Origin: Chthoniobacter sp.
Lineage (GTDB): Bacteria; Verrucomicrobiota; Verrucomicrobiia; Chthoniobacterales; Chthoniobacteraceae
NCBI GenBank assembly: GCA_028293645.1
Contig: JAQGOK010000166.1
Location: 1-62,498 of the forward strand
Reading direction: 5' to 3'
Length of the DNA: 62,498 nucleotides
The first letter of the stretch is position 1. Each line of letters starts with the position of its first letter. A model generated the notes under the pieces. It ran no database searches and was not told where the DNA came from. It was given only the letters and a program-made list of their open reading frames with translations. Positions 7,672 through 18,100 of this stretch are shown here, piece by piece. The position numbers and the translations under genes are program-made.

Positions 7672-10600
7672 AACATGCGTTTCAGGTAATGGCCGGTCTC
7701 GCTCTGCTCAATCTCGGCGACCGTTTCCGGGGTGCCTTGCGCGACGATCCGGCCGCCGCCGCTGCCCCCGCTGGGGCCGAGATCGATGATCCAATCCGCG
7801 CACTTAATCACCTCCAGATTATGCTCGATGATCACGAGCGTGTTGCCGGAATCGCGAAGCTTCATCAGCACTTCGAGGAGCTTGTGAATGTCGGCAAAAT
7901 GGAGCCCGGTGGTCGGCTCATCCAGAATGTAAACGGTGCGCCCGGTCGCCTTCTTCGAGAGTTCGGCGGCCAGTTTTATCCGTTGTGCTTCGCCGCCGGA
8001 AAGTGTGGTCCCGCTTTGGCCGAGCCGCACATACCCAAGGCCGACATCTTCGAGCGCGAGCAGCTTGTCCGAAATCTGCGGGACGTTGCGAAAGAAGCGC
8101 GCCGCTTCGTCCACGGTGAGATCGAGCACGTCCGCGACGTTCTTGCCTTTGTAGGTGATCTCCAGCGTTTCGCGGTTGTAGCGGCGGCCGTGGCAGACCT
8201 CACACTCGACATAGACGTCGGCGAGAAAATGCATCTCGATTTTCTTCACTCCGTCGCCTTCGCACGCTTCGCAGCGGCCGCCTTTGACATTGAAGCTGAA
8301 CCGCCCCACTTCGTAGCCGCGGATGCGTGCAGCGGGCAGTCCGGCAAAGAGTTCGCGGATCGGGCCAAAGGCTCCGGTGTAAGTCGCGGGATTCGAACGC
8401 GGCGTCCTGCCGATCGGCGTCTGATCGATGACGATTGCCTTGTCGAGTTGCTCCAGACCATGCAGCGAAACGTACTTACCGGGTCGATCCTTGGATCGAT
8501 AGAAATGCCGGAAGAGGGCACGCCGGAGGATGTCATCGACGAGCGTGGACTTGCCGCTTCCGGAGACGCCGGTCACACACGTGAGACAGCCAAGCGGAAA
8601 GGAAGCGTTGACGCTCTGCAGATTGTTTTCGCTGGCAGCGATGATGGTCAACCAGCCGGGATTGTGCTCATCCGAACGGTTCAGCGGCGCCACGTACTGC
8701 GGGCGATGGCGCTGCTTGGGGATGGGGATCTTCGCGCGACCGGACAGATACTGCCCGGTGAGCGAATGCTCCGAGGCGAGGATCTCCTCACACGTGCCTT
8801 GCGCCACGAGTTCGCCGCCCCGCACGCCGGCGCCGGGGCCGAGATCGAGGATGTGATCCGCCGCGCGAATGGTGTCTTCGTCATGCTCGACGACGATCAC
8901 CGAATTCCCCAAATCGCGCAGCCGGCGCAACGTGCCGATCAGTCGATCGTTGTCGCGCTGATGCAAGCCGATGCTGGGTTCATCGAGCACGTAAAGACAC
9001 CCCGCGAGCCCTGATCCGATCTGCGTCGCGAGCCGAATGCGTTGCGCTTCGCCGCCGCTCAAAGTGCCGCTCTCGCGATCAAGCGAAAGATAGCCGAGGC
9101 CGACTTCCACGAGGAAACTGAGCCGCGCCGAGATCTCGCGCCGGACTTCGCTCGTGATGAAAAGCTGCTGCTCATTGAGCGCCAGCCCTTCGATGAAACT
9201 CTGCGCATCCGCGATCGCCAGCTGGCAGAACTGGTGGATGTTCAGCGCGCTGCCGAACGAAGTGTCATCCTGAGCGGGGCGAAGCGGCGTCGAAGGACCT
9301 CCCGAGCCGACGCGCACCTTCGCCATCGTGAGATCCTTCGACTGCGCTCCAGTCGCTGCCGCTCCTTGCGCTCCGCTCAGGATGACACGGGTCGGGAAAT
9401 CGCTCGCGATGGTCACCGCGAGAATCTCCGGCTTCAGCCGAGCACCGGCACAGGCCGAGCACGTGCGGCGGCTCATGTATTGGCGGATGCGTTGCCGCGT
9501 GAATTCGCTGTCGGTGGTCGCGTAGAGATTTTGCAGCGATGCGACGAGTCCCTCGAACGGCTTCCGCAGCTTCTCACGCTTGCCGTTTTCACCCCAACTA
9601 AACTCGATTGGCCGGTCGCCGGTACCCTGGCAAAGCGCTTCCTGAAAGGTCGCCGGCAGCTCGGCATACGGCGTCTCCATCGACACATTAAACTCCCGCG
9701 AGAGCGAAGTGAGCACCCCCGTGTAGTAGCTCTGCATCCGTTTGTTCGCTTTCGCCCACGGCGCGACGGCGCCTTCCGCGAGCGACTTTTCACGGTCCGG
9801 AATCATCAGCTCGCAATCGCAAACCTGCTCCGTGCCGAGACCGTGACAGACCGGGCAGGCCCCGAAATGGCTGTTGAAGGAAAAGTGTTTTGGCGTGAGC
9901 TGCGGCAACGTGAAACCGGTCACGGGATTGCTGAAGTGCGTGCTGAAAGGCTGCGCCGTCCACGCTTCCTCGCCCGCGCCTTGTCGCAGCACGAGCACCT
10001 TGCCGGCGCCCCACTTCAACGCCGTATCCACCGAATCGGCGAGCCGCGTTCGCACGCCATCGCGCACCACCAGCCGATCGATCACGACTTCGATGACGTG
10101 GCGCTTGTCCTTGCCGAGGCGAATCGGTTCCGGGCGGCCGAGTTCGATGATCTCGCCGTCGATCCGCACGCGGACGAATCCTTCGCGCTTCAGCTTCTCC
10201 AGCACATCGCGGAATTCGCCGATCTCGCTTTGCACAATCGGAGCCAGGACAACGATGCGCGTGTCCGCCGGGTAGGCGAGGATTTGATCGACGATTCCTT
10301 GCGCCGAGAGCTTGTTGATCGGCGTGCCGGTGACCGGATCGTGCGGCTGTCCGACGGACGAAAACAGCAGGCGCAAGTAGTCGTAAATCTCGGTCGTGGT
10401 GGCGATCGTCGAACGTGGACTCCCGCCGGAGCTGCGCTGCTCGATCGCGATTGCCGGCGAGAGTCCTTCGATGAAATCGACGTCCGGTTTCTGCATCTGA
10501 TCGAGAAACTGCCGCGCGTACGCGGAGAGGCTCTCGACGTAGCGGCGCTGCCCTTCCGCATAGAGCGTATCGAAGGCGAGCGACGACTTTCCGGAGCCGC

Positions 10601-10703
10601 TCAGACCAGTAATTACGACGAGTTTTTCCCTCGGAATTTCGAGCGTCAGGTTGCGGAGATTGTGCTGGCGCGCACCGGTGATCTTGATTACTGAAGCTGC
10701 CAT
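7668..10703 (-). CDS. uvrA: Excinuclease ABC subunit A
   Basis: GARQHNL, two Walker A motifs ([16 protein letters not shown]), two LSGGEAQR signatures, Zn fingers. Likely start MAASVIKI at 10703. Confidence 0.98.
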   Translation of the reverse strand: MAASVIKITGARQHNLRNLTLEIPREKLVVITGLSGSGKSSLAFDTLYAEGQRRYVESLSAYARQFLDQMQKPDVDFIEGLSPAIAIEQRSSGGSPRSTIATTTEIYDYLRLLFSSVGQPHDPVTGTPINKLSAQGIVDQILAYPADTRIVVLAPIVQSEIGEFRDVLEKLKREGFVRVRIDGEIIELGRPEPIRLGKDKRHVIEVVIDRLVVRDGVRTRLADSVDTALKWGAGKVLVLRQGAGEEAWTAQPFSTHFSNPVTGFTLPQLTPKHFSFNSHFGACPVCHGLGTEQVCDCELMIPDREKSLAEGAVAPWAKANKRMQSYYTGVLTSLSREFNVSMETPYAELPATFQEALCQGTGDRPIEFSWGENGKREKLRKPFEGLVASLQNLYATTDSEFTRQRIRQYMSRRTCSACAGARLKPEILAVTIASDFPTRVILSGAQGAAATGAQSKDLTMAKVRVGSGGPSTPLRPAQDDTSFGSALNIHQFCQLAIADAQSFIEGLALNEQQLFITSEVRREISARLSFLVEVGLGYLSLDRESGTLSGGEAQRIRLATQIGSGLAGCLYVLDEPSIGLHQRDNDRLIGTLRRLRDLGNSVIVVEHDEDTIRAADHILDLGPGAGVRGGELVAQGTCEEILASEHSLTGQYLSGRAKIPIPKQRHRPQYVAPLNRSDEHNPGWLTIIAASENNLQSVNASFPLGCLTCVTGVSGSGKSTLVDDILRRALFRHFYRSKDRPGKYVSLHGLEQLDKAIVIDQTPIGRTPRSNPATYTGAFGPIRELFAGLPAARIRGYEVGRFSFNVKGGRCEACEGDGVKKIEMHFLADVYVECEVCHGRRYNRETLEITYKGKNVADVLDLTVDEAARFFRNVPQISDKLLALEDVGLGYVRLGQSGTTLSGGEAQRIKLAAELSKKATGRTVYILDEPTTGLHFADIHKLLEVLMKLRDSGNTLVIIEHNLEVIKCADWIIDLGPSGGSGGGRIVAQGTPETVAEIEQSETGHYLKRML
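9262..9388. mobile_element. REP/MITE-like palindromic element inserted in frame in uvrA
   Basis: Perfect 16-bp terminal inverted repeat GTGTCATCCTGAGCGG (9262-9277)/CCGCTCAGGATGACAC (9373-9388); inner inverted repeat GTCGAAGGACCTC (9289-9301)/GAGATCCTTCGAC (9330-9342). Confidence 0.85.
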
Positions 10704-10768
10704 TTCCGCCGTTGGTTTAAACCGTCGAGGAAAGCACATTCCGCATCCTGCCTCCAACACGTAATTCC

Positions 10769-11056
10769 ATGTCCGATCCCGCTTTCGAAATGTCTCGTGA
10801 GGAGCTCCAGGCGATTCACGAGAAATACCGCGAGATCAAACACAACATCAACAACACGCTGGCGGTGGTGATGGCGCTCTCGGAGTTGGCGCAGCGGAAT
10901 CCGGCGCATTACGAGAAGCTCGGCAAAGCAGTGCTCACCCGCGGTCCGGAAGTGGTGCAGATGCTCCAGGATTTTCAGGCGATGCTGGTCGCGAAGTTGA
11001 AGGGTGAAGATCCGCGGCAGGCGCCGCCCAGCGCTCCGGCGTCGGGGGTGTTCTAG
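10769..11056 (+). CDS. Small protein with a HisKA/DHp-like H-box and no kinase ATPase domain
   Basis: EIKHNINNTLAVVMALSELAQR resembles the H-box HE(I/L)NNPL. Confidence 0.7.
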   Translation: MSDPAFEMSREELQAIHEKYREIKHNINNTLAVVMALSELAQRNPAHYEKLGKAVLTRGPEVVQMLQDFQAMLVAKLKGEDPRQAPPSAPASGVF

Positions 11057-11084
11057 CCAGATCTTCTCGCCGCGCTCCGGCGCA

Positions 11085-12359
11085 TCACTCGGCGGTCATC
11101 CACGCGTGGATCGCGAGGTATTTCCACGCGAGAAGAGCAGCGAGGGCAACGAGTGCGAACGCGGCGATCTCGCGCCGCCCGAAACGATCCGCAGGTCCAC
11201 GACCGCGGAGGAATTCCAGCAACGCACCGGTCGGGCAACCGAACCGGCAGTAGGCCATCGGCACAAAGAGCGAGGCAAGCAAACCGACCACCGCAATCGC
11301 GATCGTCGCCCACCCGGCGGAGCGCAACACGTAGGCGTCGAACGGTTCGATGTGCGCGAGATCGATCGGGAGCGTGAGCATCGAGACGACGAGCACCAGC
11401 GCGAGTAGAAGCGGCGGGAGCCAGCGCAAGCCGCGCGCGAGATCGGGGCGTAAGGCAATGCGCCAGCGCTTCGGAGCGACGTGGTGGAGCAATTCCTGCG
11501 CGGCGCCGTGCGGGCAGAGTTGCTGGCAATACAATGGCTTGCCCGTGCTCCATGGGATCACGAGCGCGGCCGCGAGCAGCAGCACCACGCCCGGCGCGCT
11601 GCGCCATGGCGCGGCGTTTTGCGCCCAGCCGGCGATCAACGATTGCGCCAGCAGATCGCCACTGATGAAGCCAACGTAAATGATGACGACGACTTGAAAG
11701 CTGCGCCGCCACCAGCGGTGACCGTGCGTCCCGCGAAACGCGAGCACCAGCGCGATGCCGATCACCGCCACCAGTCCCCAATCGCGCAACGCGAACCGCA
11801 GCGGAGTCGGCGTCACCGCGCGCGCGGCATCGGCCGATTGCAGCCTGCGCATGATCCCCTCCGCGATCGCGAGGCTGGTCATGGACGCACCGGACACCCC
11901 TTCGATCCCCGCCTCCTGCGGTGTGGTGCGCGCGACTTCATCCCACGCTTTGCCATTCCAGGTTTTCATGAAGTGCCGGTCGTCCCGCACGTCGCCGACG
12001 TGCTCGCGAGTATCTTGCGAAGAGCGAATCCGAATCCCGAGCACACGCAGCGCCGGGTCGAACGCGACGAGCGAGTCAGTCCAGCCGCGGTAACCGATCA
12101 CCGCATCCGAAACCGGCGCGGTGCGAAGGACGTAGCCGAGCTCTCCTCCGGCCGCATCCTTGACCCACCAACCCGCGCGTTCTCCCGGATCTGCATCGAG
12201 CCGCGCGACATGCGGGTAGATCGAACGCACCTCCTCCAGCTGTACTGGCACCAAGCCACCCACGCGCAGTCGCACGTGATGCTCGCGAATGATCCACGCG
12301 ATGGCGACGAGTATGCCGAGCCGGTAAAGCTGCAGCGCGATCTGCGGGCCAGCGCGCAC
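11085..12359 (-). CDS. NosR/NirI-like membrane protein: FMN-binding domain plus 4Fe-4S (Fer4_5-like) membrane domain
   Basis: Flavinylation-type motif EGVSGASMTS; CQQLCPHG and CRFGCPTG; multiple transmembrane helices. Confidence 0.85.
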   Translation of the reverse strand: MRAGPQIALQLYRLGILVAIAWIIREHHVRLRVGGLVPVQLEEVRSIYPHVARLDADPGERAGWWVKDAAGGELGYVLRTAPVSDAVIGYRGWTDSLVAFDPALRVLGIRIRSSQDTREHVGDVRDDRHFMKTWNGKAWDEVARTTPQEAGIEGVSGASMTSLAIAEGIMRRLQSADAARAVTPTPLRFALRDWGLVAVIGIALVLAFRGTHGHRWWRRSFQVVVIIYVGFISGDLLAQSLIAGWAQNAAPWRSAPGVVLLLAAALVIPWSTGKPLYCQQLCPHGAAQELLHHVAPKRWRIALRPDLARGLRWLPPLLLALVLVVSMLTLPIDLAHIEPFDAYVLRSAGWATIAIAVVGLLASLFVPMAYCRFGCPTGALLEFLRGRGPADRFGRREIAAFALVALAALLAWKYLAIHAWMTAE

Positions 12360-12365
12360 GCGGCG

Positions 12366-14669
12366 TTACGGCACCGGCACGAGCTGCACGGCGTCCGCAT
12401 GCACGTAGCCGTCTGCCTCGGCGGTCGAGATCGTCACCGACGCCGGTTGTCCGGGTGCAAAGCGAAAGACGCCCATCGAGATGAAGCCCTGCGGCATTGG
12501 CGCGGCGGTCCGTTGATTCATGCGGGCGCGCTGCTCACCGTCCGCGCTCTCGATCTTCACGGCCGCATTGGTCGCACGGTTTTCGTGCATCCCGTAGCTG
12601 AGTCGCACGTCGTAACGACCTGGCTTGTCGATCGCGAATTCATAGCGCGCAGCCGCGTTTGCGGATCCGCCGGCATACAGATAACCGCTGCCGACATAGC
12701 CGGGCAGACCTGCGCCTTTGCTCCAGCTTCCGGAGAGCTTCGCTTTGGAATCGTCGAGGACCAGGCCCGGCAGCTTTGCCGGATCGAGCCCTGGCGCGGC
12801 GCTCTTCGGATCCTGCTGCTGCGGCGGAGGCGTGTAACCGACCGGCAGTTGAAGCGGTGCATCGACCGTCTCGCGACGCGCCGCGCCGCGCAACGCGAGC
12901 AGCTCCTTCAGCTCGCCGAAATACCGCTCGTAAACCTCTCGCGGCGTCGCGCCGTTTTTGATGCAGATCGATGCCGCTTTGCCAACGACCTCGCCGATCA
13001 TGCCGCCGGTCTTCATCACGCGGACGGTGCCGAGCGCTTCGTGCGTCACGCTGATGCATCGACCGGCCATGAAGAGGTTTTCAATGTTCCGCGAATAGAA
13101 GCAGCGATACGGCACCGGATAGCCGTGTTGGCGATCGACGCCTTTGCCGAACTCGGCCTTGGAGATGAACGGATCGTTCGGGAATTTTTTCGCGTATTGC
13201 TCCTTCGGGTAATGCAGATCGATGTCCCAGGTGGTCGGCACCGTGCCATCCGGGAACGGCCGTTTTTCCGCGATGTCGTCGCGGGTGAGGACGACATCGC
13301 CGAGCAGCTGTCGCGATTCGCGGGTGCCGCCGACATACGCGAGCCATTCGAGCTTCGCGCCTGCATGCTTCGCCCGGTTCTCCGCGTCGCCGCCGTTCTT
13401 CATGGCGTGGAACGCGCCAAACGCCGCCCGCAGATTCCAGTCGCGCGTGTCTTCCAGCCCTTCGATCGGATGTTTGTCGAAGCCGCTTTCCCAGAACCAC
13501 TCCGCGTGGAAGCGCTTGGGATACGGGAAGTCATCCAGCTCGAGCGGCAGCGCCCAGGGCGTCTGCGGAAACGGGACCGGCGCGCCGGTATCGGCCCATC
13601 GCCACATGTTGGACATGCCGAGGTGCTCGGTCTCGCGGATCGAATGATCGGCGCCTGCGAGATAGCCGATGGTCGCGTGACCGGTCGCGTCGCAGAAGAG
13701 CTTGCCGTCAAAGCGCCGGCGCTCGCCCGTGCGTGTATCGAGCGCAATGACGCCCGTGATCCTTGCGCCCTCTTTCACCACGTCGGTGACGTGATTGTGG
13801 AAGAAGAGCGCAATGTTCTTTTCGGCACGCACGAGCTGCTCCTTTTTGTCATCACCGAACTCTTCATACTTGCCCGGCGAAGACTTCGCCTGATCCTGAA
13901 ACTCCTCCACGATCTCGCCGAGATTTGGATAAAGCCCACGGCGGATCCCGCCCATGGCCCAGACGCGCACTTCGCTCGATCCATTGCCTCCGAGGACGCC
14001 GCGATCCTGCACCAGAGCCACTTTGCAGCCCATGCGCGCGGCGGAGATCGCAGCGCCAGTGCCGCCGTAACCACCGCCGATCACCACCAGATCGAAGGAA
14101 CCCGCCAGCCCCGGTTCCCTGGGCATTCCGAGGGTTGTCCGGCGCCATTCGGCGAGCGGCTTTGCATCGTTCGGCGGAACGCCCGCCGGATCCTTGCTGA
14201 AGAATAGGGCATCACAGCGGCCGTTGAATCCGGTGAGATCACGAAGCGCGAGGGTCGTCTGCGGGCTCACGATTTCGACGGTGCCGCCATCGTGCCAGAA
14301 CCACGTGGCGCTCTGGGTGCCGAAGGTTTCTGGCAGCGGCTGACCATTCACCAGCAACTGAAAGCGTCCTGGCGTGCCCGGCGCTTTCCACTGCGCGACC
14401 CAATCCTTGGTGCGCACCCAAACGTGGTATTTGCCCGTGCTCGGAAACGTAACGCTCGTCGTCGCGTCCTGAACCGGTGTGCCGAGCCCATGCGCCATCA
14501 GGTACGGTGAGCCCATGATGTGGATGAACTGCGTATCAAGCACCCAGCCGCCCTGCTGCTGGAAGCTCTCCGCTTCCACGAACAACTGATCGGCAGCGCG
14601 AACGCTGACTGTGCTGAGCACCACGCTCAGCAAGGCCGCGACAATGGAACGGGGGGACGAAGGGCGCAT
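12366..14669 (-). CDS. Exported FAD-dependent oxidoreductase with N- and C-terminal beta-sandwich (xanthan lyase/golvesin-like) domains
   Basis: Signal peptide; motifs DLVVIGGGYGG, LGGNGSSE, DATGH, PYRCFYSRNIENLFMAGRCIS; C-terminal VHADAVQL. Confidence 0.85.
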   Translation of the reverse strand: MRPSSPRSIVAALLSVVLSTVSVRAADQLFVEAESFQQQGGWVLDTQFIHIMGSPYLMAHGLGTPVQDATTSVTFPSTGKYHVWVRTKDWVAQWKAPGTPGRFQLLVNGQPLPETFGTQSATWFWHDGGTVEIVSPQTTLALRDLTGFNGRCDALFFSKDPAGVPPNDAKPLAEWRRTTLGMPREPGLAGSFDLVVIGGGYGGTGAAISAARMGCKVALVQDRGVLGGNGSSEVRVWAMGGIRRGLYPNLGEIVEEFQDQAKSSPGKYEEFGDDKKEQLVRAEKNIALFFHNHVTDVVKEGARITGVIALDTRTGERRRFDGKLFCDATGHATIGYLAGADHSIRETEHLGMSNMWRWADTGAPVPFPQTPWALPLELDDFPYPKRFHAEWFWESGFDKHPIEGLEDTRDWNLRAAFGAFHAMKNGGDAENRAKHAGAKLEWLAYVGGTRESRQLLGDVVLTRDDIAEKRPFPDGTVPTTWDIDLHYPKEQYAKKFPNDPFISKAEFGKGVDRQHGYPVPYRCFYSRNIENLFMAGRCISVTHEALGTVRVMKTGGMIGEVVGKAASICIKNGATPREVYERYFGELKELLALRGAARRETVDAPLQLPVGYTPPPQQQDPKSAAPGLDPAKLPGLVLDDSKAKLSGSWSKGAGLPGYVGSGYLYAGGSANAAARYEFAIDKPGRYDVRLSYGMHENRATNAAVKIESADGEQRARMNQRTAAPMPQGFISMGVFRFAPGQPASVTISTAEADGYVHADAVQLVPVP

Positions 14670-14673
14670 CGGA

Positions 14674-15090
14674 CTACTTCTTCTCCACGGGCTTGCCGGC
14701 TTTCTGCCACGCTTTGAAGCCTTCGTTCAGGTGGTAGAGGTTTGGGAGTTTCCGCCCATCCATCAGGTCCACGGCTTGGGCGCTGCGGCCGCCTGCGGCG
14801 CAATGCACGAGGTAGGTCTGCTTTTCATCCAGCGCGGCGACCTTCTGCGCGAAATCGGGCGCTTGGAAATCGAGATTCTTCGCTCCGGGAATGTGGCCGG
14901 CCTTGAACTCTTCGGACGTGCGCACATCGAGCACGATGATCTTCGGGTTGTCCTTCAGCAGCTTTTCCGCGGCTTCGGGTGTCACGTTTTGGGGCGGCTT
15001 CGCGGCGGCTGTCGTGGCGGGTTTCGCCTCGTCGGCCGCCATGGCGATTGATCCAAGCAGCACGAAAACGAAAAGGGGGAACATCTTCAT
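14674..15090 (-). CDS. Exported single-domain rhodanese
   Basis: Signal peptide; motifs [32 protein letters not shown]. Confidence 0.92.
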   Translation of the reverse strand: MKMFPLFVFVLLGSIAMAADEAKPATTAAAKPPQNVTPEAAEKLLKDNPKIIVLDVRTSEEFKAGHIPGAKNLDFQAPDFAQKVAALDEKQTYLVHCAAGGRSAQAVDLMDGRKLPNLYHLNEGFKAWQKAGKPVEKK

Positions 15091-15161
15091 CGCGGAAGAG
15101 TGAATCCGCGGACCTTCATCCGCAAGAGTCGTCGCGAACGGTGCCTTTCGGCGGAGATGCT

Positions 15162-18100
15162 CTAACCGGTTTGCACCGCTCTGCGCCGCCGCGTGGCGAA
15201 GCAGGCGATGCCGATCAGCAAGCCGCCGAGCGCGCCGGGTTCGGGCACAGACACGAGGACGAGGTCTTTGCCGCTGTCGGCGAACTGCAGTTGGTAAGGC
15301 TGCCCGGCGACATTGCCGTTGATTCTCACCCCGAGAGCGCCGGCGATGGCGGTGTTCCCATTGAACAGCGTGTAAGTCGCCGAAGGATCAAAGCTGAAGC
15401 TCGGGAGAAAGAGGAAGTCGTCGAACTCGAGCACGCCGGAGCCAATGTTCAAAGCGCCACCGGTGATGATCACGCGATCGCTGAAATCCGGGCCATCGAG
15501 ATCGAACTCCAACGCCGCGGAGGCGGCAGGCGTCACGGCGCCGGCAATATTGAAGGTGCTCCCCGGCAGCGTTACGGAAAGCGCGCCCGGCTGGAACGGC
15601 ACACCTGGCATCAGCCGCGCGCCGGTATTCATCTGCAAACCCGACGCGCCGGTGGTGATGCTGCCGGATCCAGCCAGCGTTCCGCTGTTGACGAGGACGT
15701 TGCTGCCCCCGATTGCGCCGCGCACTTCCAGAACGCCCGCATTCACGACCGTGTCGCCAGTGTGCGCGGCATTGGAGAGAGGCTCGAGGGTGAGCGTGCC
15801 GGTTCCGGCTTTGATCAGGCCGCCGATGCCACCGAAGTCGGCATGCACGTTGGTGAACGTCCCCTCGGCAATGTCAAAGGTCCTCGTGGCGGTCAGGTTG
15901 ATGAGGTTCAGATTCGCGCCCGCATAATTGCCGTTGTTGATCGAGACGTTGCCGGTCGCCGTGAAGTTGCCGCCGAGATTGAGCACCGCGTCCTGGTTGG
16001 CCGTGTTGAACTTCACCTCGATGACCCCACCGCTCGCGGCGATTCCACCGGCGCCGACGTTGAGCGTGGAAGGCCCGCCGTTCCCGGCGATTCGGACGCT
16101 GCCACTGCTCATTTCGATGCGGTTGACCGTTGCGGAATGGGAGCTCGCCACGCCGAGGATTCCGTTTTGCACGGTCGCAATACCGGTGACGGTGAAGGTG
16201 TTGCGCATGATGAATTGGCCGGTGGACGAGCTGGCATTCACCAGAACATTCGCGACCGTCTCGGCGCCGGTGGAACCCAGCATCGAGTCTGCGGAGCTCC
16301 CGAGGAAGTTGATGGTCCCGGTGTTGGGAATCTGTTCCGCAGCAAGGATCGCCAGGACGCCTGCGCCCGAGATCGTCACGTCCGCTCCCACGGCATTTAC
16401 GCCCGCGGTTTTATTCAGACGCAGCGTCCCGCCGCTGACCGTCGTCTGAGTCTGCACGTTTGGATTCGCGCCGCTGATCTCCAGCGTGCCGCCGCCGGCT
16501 TCAAGCACGCCCGTTCCACTGAGCATTCCACTGAGGTTGCCGCCCGCCGTGAACCGCAAGCTGCCTTCATTCACGAGGAACGACATACTCGACACCGTGT
16601 TCCGATCGATGGTGGCGGTGTTCACCTGATCTTTGCGCAGCGTTCCGGCACCGGTGACTGGATTGCTGAACGTGAAATCCTCCGGGTGATTGAGGACCAG
16701 CAAGGCTTCGTTGCGGATTGCGCCGGGTAACGTACCGCCGCCAAAGGTGATCCCATCTCCAAGAAAAAGGCTGCCCGCGGTGATTGTGGTGCCGCCGGTA
16801 AAATCGTACGGCGCTTCGTTCGCGAGGATGAACGCAGCCGTGCCATTCTTGGTGAGTGCCATCCCGCCGGTGAGAGTGCCGAAGCCGCTGAAAGTGTAAG
16901 CACGGCTGGAGTTGTTCAAGGTCACCCCGGTCGGCGCGAGGGTGGTGGTCAAATTCACGGGCGCCGTGCTGGTCGCAGAATCATCAAAGAGCACGGCATC
17001 GACCCCGCTGGGGCTCTCGATGTAACGGGCGAGCGAGTTTGTCGTCAGAGTGCGCCAGTTTTGGGTGCCCTGAGCGCCGTTGCCGACGGGATCCACATCC
17101 CAGTTCGCGTTCACGCTGCCATCCCAGCGCGGCGTCTCAACCCCGGAGATCACCACATCCAGCGAGGTGTTCGCGGCGTTGTTCTGAAGGCTGGCGGCTA
17201 CCCGGAACGGCACCGTGAGATTCAGACCGGCACCGCCGCCGCCGCCGATCGCGCCCGTGTAATCAACCAGAGGAAAAGTTCCCGGCACCAGATTTCCCAG
17301 AAGCTTGATCGTGCTGCCGGAGATCGGGGCGAAAGCAGGCGCGTTGATCACCGGCGTGGTCGGGTTCCCGAATCCCCCGAAATCGACGGTTAACGTCGCG
17401 CCGGCAGCAGACCCGAGCGTAAAGCCGGACGTGTTGAAAGTCCCCGCCGGTGCGAGCCGCCGCAGCTCCAAGGTCGCCGCGTCGCTGACGACCACTTCGC
17501 CGCCGCCCACCTGCGCAGGGGTCACCACCAACGTACCGGCCATCACGTTCGTGGGCCCACCGTACGTGTTCGCGCCGGTGAGCGTCAGAGTTCCCGGCCC
17601 GACCTTCGTCAGCCCAGTGGTGCCGGGATTCACCCCATTGCTGATCAAGCCTGAGAAGAGTCCTGAGCCGACGCTGAGAACCGCGGGTGTGGTCGTGCTG
17701 GAGTTGGTGATTGTTCCAGCACCGTTCAAAACACCCAGCGAAACAGTGACCCCATCCACCTGCAAAGTTTGTCCCGTGCTCACGTTCCACGTTGCCGCGG
17801 CGCTTCCCGCCGTGGCGCTCGCCAGACGGACTACGCGCCCGGTCGTTCCACCCAAAGTCACCGTACCGGTGTAGCCGCTGTTGTTGCCCGTGAGCCGGAG
17901 AACCGCACTCGCGTTGGCCGCCGTATTGTTCAAAGCAAGCGCTTCGGAGCCGGAGATGTTGCCTGAGACGATCACCGGTCCTGTGGAGGAACCGCCGGTG
18001 ACGGTGTTCCCGACGAGAATGGTGCTCGGGCTGTTGACCGTGATCGCTCCGCTCTGGGTCACTGCAGTGGTTGCGTTGTTCGTGGTGAGCTGAAGGGTGC

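Noticed and set aside
5110-7689. 859-aa plus-strand ORF, and similar long antisense ORFs at 63-1181, 7689-9014, 9042-10694, 11481-14207, 14979-16730, 19766-21088, 35024-36295 and 58153-59586
   Set aside because: Shadow ORFs opposite well-supported genes; expected in high-GC DNA and lacking recognisable motifs
10714-10723. Palindrome GGTTTAAACC upstream of uvrA as an SOS box
   Set aside because: Does not match the verrucomicrobial LexA motif as I recall it (TGTTC-N4-GAACA) and is short enough to occur by chance
11085-12359. Calling this gene nosR (denitrification)
   Set aside because: Much shorter than NosR, lacks the C-terminal ferredoxin motifs, and no nosZ or nosD is nearby
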